From positions 715,533 to 779,532 of the forward strand of contig NW_027192195.1 in NCBI RefSeq assembly GCF_041956535.1: DNA of 64,000 bases. The letters are read 5' to 3'. Shown one piece after another: positions 1-11,790 of this stretch. The position numbers and the translations under genes are program-made. The stretch is from Calcarisporiella thermophila CBS 279.70. Taxonomy: Eukaryota; Fungi; Calcarisporiellomycota. Each line of letters begins with the position of its first letter. Positions within the stretch are counted from its first letter, which is position 1. Under the pieces are notes generated by a model, which saw only the letters and a list, made by a program, of their open reading frames with translations, was not told the DNA's origin and made no database searches.

Positions 1-623
1 ATTTCATTCAGCTCCTTCTCGACCTTCTGGCGGTACGTCTTAATCATGGCGACGTGCTCCTGGTTGCCCTTGTTTTCCTCCTTCTGCTCGATGGAGGAGA
101 TGATACGCCAGGAAGCACGGCGGGCGCCAATGACGTTCTTGTACGCGACGGAGAGAAGGTTACGTTCCTCGACGCTGAGTTCCTGGCCGCTGGCAGCCAC
201 CGCTTTCATGCTCTCCACCATCTCTGCACAGTGGATAGAGGTCAGATGATGTTCAAGAGTAAATTCAGAAGAGGGAGCGAGGGGGAAGTAGCCCCCCAAA
301 AAATAGGCGTGTTGTAAGTGAACGTGTTACTAACCTTCGTACCTAGAGAGAGATGAGTTAGAATCCACCCATCAGGTGCACATAAGAAGTAAGATATATT
401 TACCTCTCGGACTGCTCAGCCAGTTTAGCGAGGAAAACCTGATTTTCGCGCTCCTGCCAAGATGAAATGGGGAAATTGCGCCATTAGTACACGAGATTCA
501 AGAACCGGGTGGGCACCACCGGCAACATCTCTCTTGCTAGGCCCCATCAATAACTCGCAAGGAACCCTCGGCTCCCTTCGCGAGTTAAAGGGAGGGAGAA
601 AAATAAATACTTACAGAGGACAT
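1..623 (-). CDS. BMH1: 14-3-3 protein (5' part; gene runs off the left edge of the window)
   Basis: Spliced exons 623-615 (MSS), 453-404, 342-335 (8-nt microexon) and 223-<1 give [72 protein letters not shown], which carries the 14-3-3 signature [10 protein letters not shown]. All introns are GT-AG. Confidence 0.97.
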
Positions 624-876
624 TTTGAATCTTGATGTCAATTAGTTGGAAAGGTGATGAATAAAGAGAAAACGATGGAAGAAAAATTGTTGGAGTCACA
701 AGTGAAGAAAAAAATTCGATGGTGATATAGGGCGGGGGTGAAACTTCTACGGGCACACGATCCACCACAGTTAATCCAGAAAAATTCCAATTTGCCTGTC
801 GGAGTGACCACTAACTTTGAATTATTTTCCTCTACTAAGTTATTCAAGCACCAGGAGCTAGTTTCGTTGTTCTATA

Positions 877-3795
877 ATGCAGGAGGTAATGTTAGAGAAG
901 CAGGCCCATTCTTTTAATTCCCATACGGCAGTGTACTCATTTTTTTTCTGCGGGGTGCGGGCGGAGCTAGGTCGAAGTACAGCCTCGCGACATTTTTCAG
1001 CATTTTATCCGAGTCGACCGCAAGGGCCAGACATTGCTTTGGTGGTTTTCGACAAAAAACAAGAACATTTCCTTCGGCCTATACAAGAGAGCAATCCCCG
1101 GTGAACTGACCAATCTTCTGTCCATTTCCACCAGCAGCCCCGGCCTAAGCAGCAGTTCATCTGTGTATAGTCGCGATTCGGGCGATGGAGAGTCTCCGGA
1201 GCCCCCCATTCCCTCGACCCCCGGAAGCCTGGGCCGCAAGAAAATGAGTTCAGCGTCTTACAAACTCGCCCAGGCGGAGCTCATTGAAGTCATCCCTATC
1301 CAGCATTACGACTCATTTTCCAACACCATAAAGGGGCAATACACCGTGAAGGAGGAGGGCACCTATGTATTATGCTTCGGTAGGAAAAATAGCATAGCTT
1401 GTGACGCGAGAATGGATTGACGATATCCCCCGTTGTCTTTTGTAATTTTTCAGACAATACATATTCCCGCAACACACCCAAAAAGCTCACTTTCTTCGTT
1501 TCGCTCTCGAATGGTAAGATATTGCCTTTTCTAGCCATGGGCCCGATGCTAACGAGTTGTTTGGTACTCTGCTTGCCTCTTAGGAGAATTAGGACAAGTT
1601 GGCTCGCAACCTGAGGTGTCTGGGTGGATTCTGAAAAAGAAACGCAAGAAAATGCAAGGTAACCCTTCTCAAATTCAATCGCTGCCTGAGTTCTTCGACT
1701 GAATATGCAATTTTGCATGGCCTCAAGGTTGGGCCAAGCGGTGGCTCGAACTCGACCAAGGAAACCTCTCTTATCGTCTTCACCCACAAGGGGTTATCCG
1801 TGGGTCCATCCAGCTGGCCATGTGCACGGTTGCCGTCTCTCCGCATCAAAACACCATCCACGTGGACTCGGGAACAATAATCTATCATCTTCGGGCCCTC
1901 ACTAAAGAAGACTACGACATGTGGGTCAAGGCGATCCGATCCTCAAAGCGAAGCTCGATGGACAAGTCGATCATGAACTTGGAAAACGGGGTGCGGTTGT
2001 CTGGAGAGTCTAGGACCTCTTCCTCATTTTCCGGCGAGTCGGAGGAGTCCCCCTCGGCAGCCCCGGAGCTAAATGGGATGATTGCACGGATGGAGAGGGA
2101 TTTCTCAAAAGTTGCCGAGCTCATCGCGAAGGTCTCGCAGCGAGATCCGGCCGCAAAACAGCTCAGCGAGGAATTCCGGATATTCACGGCGAGTAAGGAG
2201 CGGATGGTGGAGAGGGTCCGCAAGGAGATGCTGCAGTGGGCCTCCGAATCGGGGAAGAAGCAGGTCGTCACGCCTTCAGTGCCGGGCGGAAGATCAAGAC
2301 CGGTGTCCATGCTCTCCACCATGAGCCATGACGTATTCTATGACGCAGACGAGGACATCCTCAACCTTGACGAGAAGGAGCAGGACGGGCAAGCGGAGGC
2401 CGAGGACTCCGACCAGATGGTGCCGACGGTCGAGGAGGAAGAAGAGACAAGGGCCGATCTGGAGGAGCAGCTCAAGCGAAACGCCGAACTCCGGGCCGAA
2501 GTCGATGCGGAGGTCACCACCCTTGCCGCCCCGACTAACTTCACGCGGCGCCAGCTCCTCCCTCACCCGGTTTGCGGCGACGAGGTTTCGCTGCTCTCGA
2601 TCCTGCGCAAAAATGTTGGCAAAGAGCTCTCCGCGGTGTCGATGCCCGTCTCGGTTAATGAGCCGCTCAATGTGCTGCAGCGCCTCTGCGAGGATCTCGA
2701 GTATTGCGAGCTGCTTGACAAAGCAAACCAGCTGGAGGATAGCATGATGCGCCTTGCCTATGTGGCTGCGTTCTCCGTGTCCTCCTTTTCGAATACCCAA
2801 CACCGCATTGCCCGCAAGCCGTTCAACCCTCTGCTTGGCGAGACGTACGAGTGCGTTTTTCCCGAGAAGGGCTTCCGGTTCATTTCCGAAAAAGTGAGCC
2901 ATCATCCGCCCATCATGGCTGTAAGTTGGTTTTGGAGTCGCTCGCTGTGCCTTCCCTATTTTGGAAGAATGAAAATGGCGCCCTAACTTGGAATCTGACT
3001 CTTTCTCTCTCTCTCTCTCTCTCACTCCAGTGCCATGCTGAGTCGCCCAACTTCACCTTTTACCAGGATAACAAGGTGAAGACGAAATTCTGGGGCAAAT
3101 CGCTCGAGCTCATTCCCAGCGGGGTCGTGCACGTGCGACTTCCCCGCCACGGCGACCATTTCACCTACACGAAGCCCTCCACCTGGACCCGCAACATGCT
3201 CGGCGGGACGCGCTATTTCGAGCACATCGGAGAAGTCCGCGTCACCAATCGCACCACCGGCGAGTACGCGGACCTCACGTACCGCGAGTCCGACTTCTGG
3301 GGCAACAAGCGCAACGAGGTGGAGGCGGTCTTGCGGCGGAGAGACGGGACGCCATGGCGCACTCTCCGAGGCAAGTGGAACGAGGGGCTGGCGCTGGAGG
3401 TGGGGGCGGACGATTTGCACGTGCTTTGGCGCGCCAAGCCGGCGTTCCCCGGCCAGGAGTCCTACTATGGCTTCTCCCGGTTTGCAATCCAGCTGAACGA
3501 GATCACCCCCGATTTGCGGGGCAAGCTGCCGCCGACGGATACGCGCTATCGCCCCGACCAGCGGCTGTTCGAGGAGGGCAAGGTGGCGGAGGCGGATGCG
3601 GAGAAGGAGCGGGTCGAGCGGCTGCAGCGCGAGAACCGGAGGCGGCTCGAGGCGGAAGGCCGAACGTGGGTGCCGCAGTGGTTCGAGTTGCGCGAGGATG
3701 ACTACGGCGAGGAGGGCAAGAGCTGGCAGTATCGTGGGCGGTACTGGGAGACCCGGGAGCAAGGTACTTTTGAAGAAAAGATGCGGCTGTGGTAG
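877..3795 (+). CDS. OSH3: Oxysterol-binding protein, Osh3-type (GOLD + PH + FFAT + ORD)
   Basis: First exon MQE (877-885), intron 886-970. GOLD-like LLWWFSTK...GTYVLCFDNTYS; PH domain SGWILKKKRKKMQGWAKRW; FFAT-like DVFYDADE (2330-2353); ORD motifs NEPLNVLQRLCEDLEY, RKPFNPLLGETYE, EKVSHHPP, LPPTDTRYRPDQR. Stop TAG at 3793-3795. Confidence 0.95.
3004..3023 (+). repeat. (CT)n microsatellite forming the polypyrimidine tract of the last OSH3 intron
   Basis: tctctctc... run directly upstream of the acceptor ctccag at 3030. Confidence 0.8.
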
Positions 3796-3996
3796 ACACG
3801 CCTGGGCTCCACCGAGGATCGGAGATTGGGTGGGGGGAGGGGGGGGAGGAGAGGAGCTTTGTTATCCACCATTTACATGACTTGAGCACATCCCATTTTC
3901 TTACTACACGCTTGACTCTTATTTTTTGCTGTTGTTTTCGCATTTGCCAAACCGTGTTGTTATCACTCTATTCTGTTTGTATATTAGTCATTGATA

Positions 3997-4017
3997 CATA
4001 CATATATATATATATAT
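3997..4017. repeat. (TA)n microsatellite between convergent 3' ends
   Basis: tacatacatatatatatatat run. Confidence 0.75.
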
Positions 4018-4386
4018 TTTTCTTTTCTATGAAGCTTCCCCTAGAAATAGAAATAAAATAAAGGCAAGTTCAAATTAAAAAAATTAGAGCGCAATGCAAA
4101 CTAGCAGGAAAAATAAACGGCACATACAAAGAGATGGATAGATAAATTAAAGAATATAATATGAGATTCACAAAATAGCAGTTGGGAGACAACATACAAC
4201 ATAACAGCAAAGATATCATGCTTAGCACGGGGAATCAATACGAATATTAGAGCATGGAAATGAAAAAAAATTTTTTTTAAAAATCGCCGCGAAATGGTAG
4301 AGAACTGTTTTGGTTTTGGTGAGCATGAGCGAGGCCCATTTCTCCTCCCCACTCTGCCTCCCATCGCCCCGCGCCCTTCTATTTCA

Positions 4387-6819
4387 CTAGGCTGCCGGAG
4401 CATCTTTAAGGGGGACCACGCAAAAGGCAAGTGCACCCATGGCCAAAATCAACTGCACAGCACGGAATCGTTCCATATCCTCCTTGCGCTCCAGATTCCA
4501 CGTCTCAACTTTTCGTGGCGCCGCCGGCCGCTCCCTCCGCTTCATCCTCTCCTCCTCGTACAAGTACTCGTAGTATTCCTCGTCCACCTCGTTGTCATCG
4601 TACCCCTGCTCGCGTCGTTTCTTTCGAACCAAGTCCTCCAGAGCGGCAAATGGACTCCACTCCTCGTTGACAGGAGTCCCGCGCGGTCTTCCCCGGGACA
4701 TCTCCGCCAAATTCCAGTCGTAGCGTGACAGATTAGCGAGAGGGGGGCTCGGGGTTATCGGAGAAACCATCCCGCCCGTTGCTGCAGCATTGAAGCTGCC
4801 GCTTGCGGGAGCTTGAATGGGCTGCACGGGGCGTACACGGCAGGATCTCACCGTCTCTCCATACTCAAACTCGGGGACGAGAGACTGCCTTCTTCGCTGC
4901 TCGACCATCTCACGGTTTCTCCACTCCGACAACGAAGGGACCACTTGCCTCCTTGGTGTAGCGGGCGCGCGATGTTTACGCACATAGGCCCCAATCTGCG
5001 GAATATTATCCCATGCATTGCGGAATCCTCCCGGTTCGGCTTTTTCTGTCGGGCGGGTGGAAGCAGCGGCGACCCCGGCAGGCTTTTCGGAGCCGAAGCC
5101 GGGGGCCATGGTTTGCTTTAGCCTAGCATTTTCATATTCGTTGTGCCAAACGCGACTCGTAGGAGCAAACGGGCGTGAATCGGCCCGTTGTTCCCAGGGA
5201 AAAATGGGAGTAATGGGTTTTCGCGGCGGTGCGGCAGGGTCATAGGGTGGAGGACCGCTCCTGGGCTGAGTAGGAGGTTGCAACTGGTGCCTCGGTTGGT
5301 GGCCTAAAGACATAGGTGGTGGAGGATACGACATGGGGCGCGGTTCGAAGGATGCTTTTGCTTGCGAGGGGCTAGGAGCGGAATCAGGGGATTGAAGGGG
5401 GGGCTGAGGGCGATGGTGGAAATGGTGTTGATCGGCTTGGCTAGAGGGATAATGATAGGGCGAAGGCTCGTGAGGAGGATGCTGAAAAGAGGGCTGCGGC
5501 TGGTGCTGGGCTGGCTCCGAAGCGAAAGACCTAGGGGCCACTCCAGAAGGCCAGTGCTGCCTCTGCCCTGAGGAATCCTGCTCTCTCTGAAAACCATAGG
5601 GATGCACATGTTGCGGCCAATCGTAGCGCGGGAGCTGATGATCACGGTGGTGTGCTGGAGGTTTTGTGGCCGGCGTAGCATACGATTCGCTTTCTTCGCG
5701 CTGGGCTCCTAGCTGCGTCTCGAGCGGCTTTACAGCTTCAAGGATGTCTGGCACATCCCACACATTGGATACTTTAATATTCTCCCAGTCCGGCTGAGGA
5801 CCGGCCACTTGCTAAAACACCGAGAAGAGAATCATGGCCACAGAGTTAGCTATGAACAGAGTTGGCATCCATATGGGGGAGGGGGGGCAAAAAATATTTA
5901 CTTCTCCACGGGGATAGTGCTTGTCGTATACGTTCCACCACTTCTGCACCAAGTCCACCAGGTCCTGCGAATTTCCACGGGGAAACACAGAGCCATCCGA
6001 AAATCGACTCCATAGCCAAGGCTTGTCCGTGCCAATATAGTGGACGATGGCAATATCGTTTCGAAAGACACGATAGGCAGGCGAATAGCTGTTTGGAAAT
6101 GGGGGGTTACGAGACATCCATTCGGGCGGAGGGGCCAAAGAATTAGGTGTAGGCATACCTGTAAGCAGCAGAAGGGGTTGTGTTGTAAATAAAAGGGAGG
6201 CGGTGCGAGACATCGCTGGTCGACCACTGGCTGAAAAACGAGTTCAGAAGACCCTGATCGCCTCCTGTACCAATGGCAAAATGAAAAAACAAGAATTAGT
6301 ATTTACAAGAAAGCTGCGCGATCGGCCATGGGAAAACCCACCGTCAAAGCTGCCCTGATCCGAGGCAGCCGACATCAAAGCCTGAAACCTCTCTTCCCCG
6401 GTTTCCGCGACAAAGACTCCAGAGTTAAAGCAGTCGGGCCAGCCTGCGTCGGGAGCGGCCGAGAAATCCGGCCGTGAAAACAGCTCGTCCACATTGCGTA
6501 GAGGCAGGGTGTCGGCGTCCAGAAACACAAACTTTCGCACCCCCGGCAGGTGAAAAGCATGGAGTTTGGTGAGGGAAAGCGAGAGATCAGGGCGACCGAG
6601 CAGCCGGAGATTGGAGTGGCTGCGGGAGTGTATAGGCGGCACCTCTACAAGCTCATCCCATACTTGGGCGAGAGTGTCGCGATGGTGCGGGGAGAGCAAG
6701 GGGGTAATCATACATACAAGGCGGTGAGTGGTGCCGTGATCGCGGAGGGCATGTCCGAGCACAAGCCCACCCTGTACATAGCGATCATTGGCGACTAGTG
6801 TGACAAACACCTCCGACAT
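4387..6819 (-). CDS. GLG1: Glycogenin (GT8) with a long Pro/His/Gln-rich C-terminal extension
   Basis: MSEVFVTLVANDRYVQGGLVLGHALR, LTKLHAF, FLDADTL, AAPDAGWPDCFNSGVFV, SFDGGDQGLLNSFF, auto-glucosylation region AYSYSPAY, VHYIGTDKPW; PIFPWE motif in the tail. Three GT-AG introns. The exact C-terminal end is less certain. Confidence 0.93.
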
Positions 6820-7275
6820 AGGGATGGGGGAGGAGGAGCGGGAGGGAAGAATTCTCTCGTAGGAAAAGGCGGAGATATCACCAGAAATAGAATCGAAATC
6901 TTTTTTTTTTGCACCAACGCGTAAATAGTAACCTAACCTACGGCAGATCCCCAACCCAGGGACGTTTCGGGGGTAGATGACGTTTTATGCAGAAAACAGT
7001 AACAAAAAGATTTCCAGATCGAGGGCCTTGAAGGCATGTCAATAGCACGGAGGCCCCGTTTTTTATCATAAGAGAAGGCCGAGGCCAAAGGACGACGAAG
7101 TCTTTGTCAATTTCGAAAATTGAAATTCGGCCTCGAGGCATAAACAACTCTACCCGAGGAAGGTTTACGCTTTGCATTAAGTAAGAGGGACTCTGGCCCA
7201 CAGTCAAAGGTATTAAGCGAAAATCGTTTCTATTTTATCTACACTCTATGAGGAAAGAGGGGTGCTCGCGGCGAT

Positions 7276-7885
7276 CTAGTACTGCGAAGCCATCTGCTGG
7301 CATGCCTTCAAGCTGTCCAGATACCACTGGCAAGCGCTGACATCGTTGCCGTTCGCCTCCAGGCACTTTGTGAATGCCTTGGCGTCCGCCTCGCAGCTGC
7401 TGGCCACTTGAGGTTGCTGCTGCTGCTGTTGCCAAGTCGGCGCCTGGTAAACAGGGGCTGGGGCCGGCTGCGCTTGAGGCTGCGCTTGGGGCTGTGGGTC
7501 GGAGGATGAGGAGCCGCCGCTGAAGAGGGAGGTAATTCCGTGGCCAATGGTGTGACCCACAGCGGAGCCTACAGCAACTCCAGCAGCAGTGGTGGCCGCC
7601 TATTTGGGGAGGATCCATCGAAACAGGGTGAATCAATGCAATCCGCAGGAGGAAGCGTCAGAGAAATAAAAGCCAAACCTGAGCAAGGAGACCGGGCTGG
7701 CGCTGCTCGACAACCGGAGCGGGAACCTGAGCGGGGGGAGCAGGGGCCATGGCATGCTGAGGTTGATGAGAATGGGGCTGCTGCTGGGGGGGCGGGGGCG
7801 GGGCGGCCTGACGCGCAGGCAGGGTGGAGGCGCTACGGGTTTGCTGGGCAGGGGCTGGGGCAGCGCGACGGGTTTGGCGAGGCAT
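7276..7885 (-). CDS. MIX17: Twin CX9C mitochondrial intermembrane-space protein (Mix17/CHCHD2/10 family)
   Basis: MPRQTRR...QPGLLAQ | AATTAAGVAVGSAVGHTIGHGIT ... CEADAKAFTKC-LEANGNDVSA-CQWYLDSLKAC; one intron. Confidence 0.95.
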
Positions 7886-8539
7886 GGTTCCGAGGAGGGG
7901 GGAGAGGGGGGAGCGATCGGGATGGAAAGGGGAGAAAAATAGAGAAAACACAATCACGGGAGGCCGTCGAGAATTAGTAAACAGCGAATCGAAACTCGAG
8001 GAAGTCGGAGTGCCAAACGCGGCCAAGCCAACTCCGAGAGTCATTGCGCTTGAACGAGGAGGAGGCTGTTGGCTGGGGTTGATCTGAGGTCATTCAGAAT
8101 AGGCCATGGCGGGCCTCTGTCCCCGCGGGCCCGGTTTCGGGATCGCGTTGGAGCTTGGGCCGTTTTCCCTCGGCCCAGATTTGGCTTTGGTTCATGGAAC
8201 CTCCTATCATCGCGAGATTTGCAAACCCTATCGCATCTTCTCGCCCCGGCCCCACACGATAGCTTCGATGCGAGGCATCGCTCCTCATCCCATAGAAAAA
8301 AAGCCGCCATTAGATACTTTTAATTCCTCTCGAGTCATAACAATGAGATAATTAACATGAAGGAGGAAGGTGTGCAAACATGGATGAGATGAATAAAAAA
8401 AAAGGCGATGAATAATTATGGGGGATAGGGGGGAAGGGGGGAAGGGGGAAAGGGGGGAAAGGGGGAGTTCCCTCCAAGATCGGAATACATAGAGATGTCA
8501 GCAAATAAATGATAATACAATGCAACGATAAGTTATGCT

Positions 8540-9478
8540 TCACTGATGCAACGCTGAATCCGCACTGTGCACACGCAAGATGCGATGGCGCTCTGGCTGA
8601 GGGGAAATGCCCACGGGCACATGGTAGGGCGAGTAAGGGAGGTGGGCGTAGGGGGCGGGCGAGCCGTCCAGGGGGGCCAGGTTGGGGATGGAGTGGCGAC
8701 GCTCGACCGGGGGCTGTGGCGGCTGCCCGACCGCGAATGTGTCCAGAAGCTCCACAGGGAAGAGCACGTCCTGGGCCGATACCATCCCCTCACCCTTTTG
8801 CTCAAACCCCTTCTTGCCTCGAGCAAACTTGTCGGCGGTGCGCGTGATCGCCTGCTCCATCCCCAGGTTCAGCATGCTGGCCTCGCGCGCGGCTAGTTGC
8901 AATGAGCTCAAATCATCCAGTTTTGGCACGGGCCTCTGCATCGGCTGCTCACCTTCAACCCGTGCCCCCGGCTCCGGCTTTCTGGTGCTTGCCTTGGCCT
9001 TGGCCCGGCGATTCTGGAACCAAATCTGAACTCCCCGTGGCGTCATTCCCAGCTCGCGCGCAAGCTGCTCTCGTATCTTGGTGCAAGGCTTTGGATTGAG
9101 AGCATATTCCGCTTCGAGTCGCGACTGCTCCGATTTCGACGTGCGGCGACGATGCCGGGTCTTGAAGGGGTCGTAGAAGGTCGGGTTGAATTCAACCACG
9201 CTGGAGGCGGAGCGGGATTCGTTCAGTCGGTAAGAGGAGGCGGAGGGGGGGAGGCGGAAGGACTGCAATGGATGTTTATCGTCATGGATGGAATGGGGGC
9301 CAGCCGAATTCTGGGGCGACAAGTCAGGGCCCATAGATATAGCAAGGGGAGAAGTGACAAGGGGATGCGTGGGGGGAAATGAAGAGTTGCCGTGGGAATG
9401 ATGGGGAGATTGCGGTGTATGCCAAGAGAAATAGGCTTGATGAAAGGTATCGCCGCCGGTTGGATCCTTGGCTTCCAT
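8540..9478 (-). CDS. Homeodomain transcription factor
   Basis: FNPTFYDPFKTRHRRRTSKSEQSRLEAEYALNPKPCTKIREQLARELGMTPRGVQIWFQNRRAKAK; first ATG at 9478. Confidence 0.9.
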   Translation of the reverse strand: MEAKDPTGGDTFHQAYFSWHTPQSPHHSHGNSSFPPTHPLVTSPLAISMGPDLSPQNSAGPHSIHDDKHPLQSFRLPPSASSYRLNESRSASSVVEFNPTFYDPFKTRHRRRTSKSEQSRLEAEYALNPKPCTKIREQLARELGMTPRGVQIWFQNRRAKAKASTRKPEPGARVEGEQPMQRPVPKLDDLSSLQLAAREASMLNLGMEQAITRTADKFARGKKGFEQKGEGMVSAQDVLFPVELLDTFAVGQPPQPPVERRHSIPNLAPLDGSPAPYAHLPYSPYHVPVGISPQPERHRILRVHSADSALHQ

Positions 9479-9981
9479 CAGAGCAATAGAAATGGGGGGG
9501 ATGAAGATAAAAGATAAGCAATGAACAGAAAGTGCAAGCGTGACGATGAGTGATGCACGATAATAACCCGGAAGCAAGATCTCTGCCGCGAGAGGAGAGC
9601 CCGGAATAAGACAAGCAGAAGGAAGAGGGGGCGGGAGGGGGGGGGGGAGAGGAGAGGAGCGCTAATGAGGGAGAAGATGCGGTATGAAGTCGAAGTTTAA
9701 AGAGCTTGAGAAAAAAAATGAGGGGAAAACAAATTCGACCGGAGTTTCCCCCTTTAGGGGGCAAAACCTTAAACATTGATCACTGCGGCTGTGTAGCGCA
9801 GGCGATTGCCCAGGCGCATTCGCCGAGAGCAGCAAGCTACAAGCTACCAAAACAAACCCGTCACGGAAGCACAGGCTTTCAAGCTCCATGACGTTGTGCG
9901 CATCACCCTTCAAAGAGGGGTCTCGCAAGAAAGAGGAAGAAATGACCAACTTTTATTATTGCTTTTAGTTTCCATCCCGGC

Positions 9982-11093
9982 TCACGTCAGATTGGGCGGG
10001 CCATATTGGCCGGGTGAGAGCGCGCCAAGAAGCGAGGTATACTGCAGTTGCGGGTGGGACTTGGACTCGTGGTAGCGCAGCCCGTTCAAATTCTAGAGCA
10101 CAATCGAGAGGCCAGGGTCAGCCCACTTACCGAGGGAGAGGGTGTAGGCCCCTAGTTTCTCAAGCCACTCACCTTGTATCGCTTTCCACAGCTGGCGATG
10201 CTGCATCGGTAGGGCCGCAGCGCGTCCTCGTCCGCGCCATCGGAGCAGTGGCCGTGTTGGTGATGATACTATGGATTCGCGGGGGGAGAAGGTCCCCGGA
10301 AGAGAAGGTAAGCTCGAAACCTCAACCTGTGCAAAAAGTAAGCTTACTCTGAGCCCGTTACTGTTTTTGTACGTTTTCCCGCAGCTCTGGCACCGGTGCG
10401 GCCGCATATCTGCCCCGGCAGATGAGGAGCGGGAGAGATGCTGCTCCAGTAGCGCAAGCTCATCTCGTTTGCGGGAGAGCAACTCCTCCATCAGCGAGTC
10501 GCCAGAAGCGGCCGCGTCGCCCATCGAGGCTACCAACATGCTGACTGCGCTTGCCAAGTTTTCGTCCGAAACCGCGGACGGGCCGAGTTCGGAGAGGAGC
10601 ATGCGCTTGGAAACCGGCCCATCATAGGCCTGGGAATTTGCGCGCTTGCGCCCCACTATGGATGCAACCCTTTCCTCGCTGATGCTTGGCCTGTGCCGCC
10701 GCGTCATCAGCTCCTCCTCCTCCTCCGCCTCCTCCTCCTCGTAATCATCCTCAAACTCATTGAAATGGCACTCTTCATGGTGGTTCAAAAGGTCGTGCAG
10801 GTCGCCAAGGCGCTTTCCGCAGCATGAGAAGGAATCGCGGAAGAAGGCAGCCTCCAGATCATGGGTTGCAAAGTAGTCATCGGTCAACTCCTCTGATTCG
10901 TAAGGGGTGGGGAGGAAATCTTCATACCACCTGCGAGTGAGCACACACAGCCGTAGGGGGGCCGCTATTAGTGTCCGGCGCAAAAGCAGTAGCAAAAGAT
11001 GCATTTGCATCGTCTCAACACTTACTCGGGGTCTCGTAATGTAGTGGGGGCGTGTGGGCGGCTCGAAACGCTGACTTCAATGGGTGCTGGCAT
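9982..11093 (-). CDS. SFP1: C2H2 zinc-finger transcription factor, Sfp1-like
   Basis: LEAAFFRDSFSCCGKRLGDLHDLLNHHEECH finger; spliced fingers RPHRCQSCGKTYKNSNGLR|YHHQHGH and RPYRCSIASCGKRYK|NLNGLRYHESKSH; stop TGA at 9984-9982. Confidence 0.85.
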
Positions 11094-11790
11094 CTTTTTG
11101 GGGGTCGATCGTTTTTATTAGAAATGATGTTTTCCGAATCTCTCTAGCGAGATGCACACAAGAAATGGCGCTAGTATCGAATGAATGGTCTCCTTGCCCT
11201 GGGGGAATGCTCGAATCCCTGTGAAAACGCCTTAAATTAAGTCGAATGACTTGGAATGGGCGCGGGTAGCGGGAGAGGTGAAAGAGGAGGAACCCGAAAT
11301 CCAGCCGCCCACTCTTTTTTTGTGAGGCAGCTTCGAAGCCAGTTTCCCCTTGCGGTTGGCCCGTCGACTTTTTTTTTGTCTGGATCAGTGCGACTTGACG
11401 ACTGGCGAAGATTCGCCAAGCGGTTTAATTAAGAATCAATAGCTGCAATGTGGGAAAAACAAATCATCACGGGGAGGGGAAATAATGACAACGATCGAGG
11501 CGACGGCTCCTGGGCCAAATAAATGTAGAAAAGCGGGAACCCGGAGCCGGAAGTGGAAAATATTGGCTGAAACGACAGAGATTAAGACATGACTAGAATC
11601 TTCACCGTGCTTATTCAAAGAACAAAAAGGAAAAAAAAAAGATTCAAAAGAAACTACCAATATACTAACGAATAAGTGTTGGAATGAACGAAAAAGAAAA
11701 AAAAATAGGTTGCGCATCCGCCCGTTTTTTTTTTGTTGTTTGTTTAATGTTGCGTTCTCCAGGCGCAAGGGCGATTCCACAGCCTTCAGC

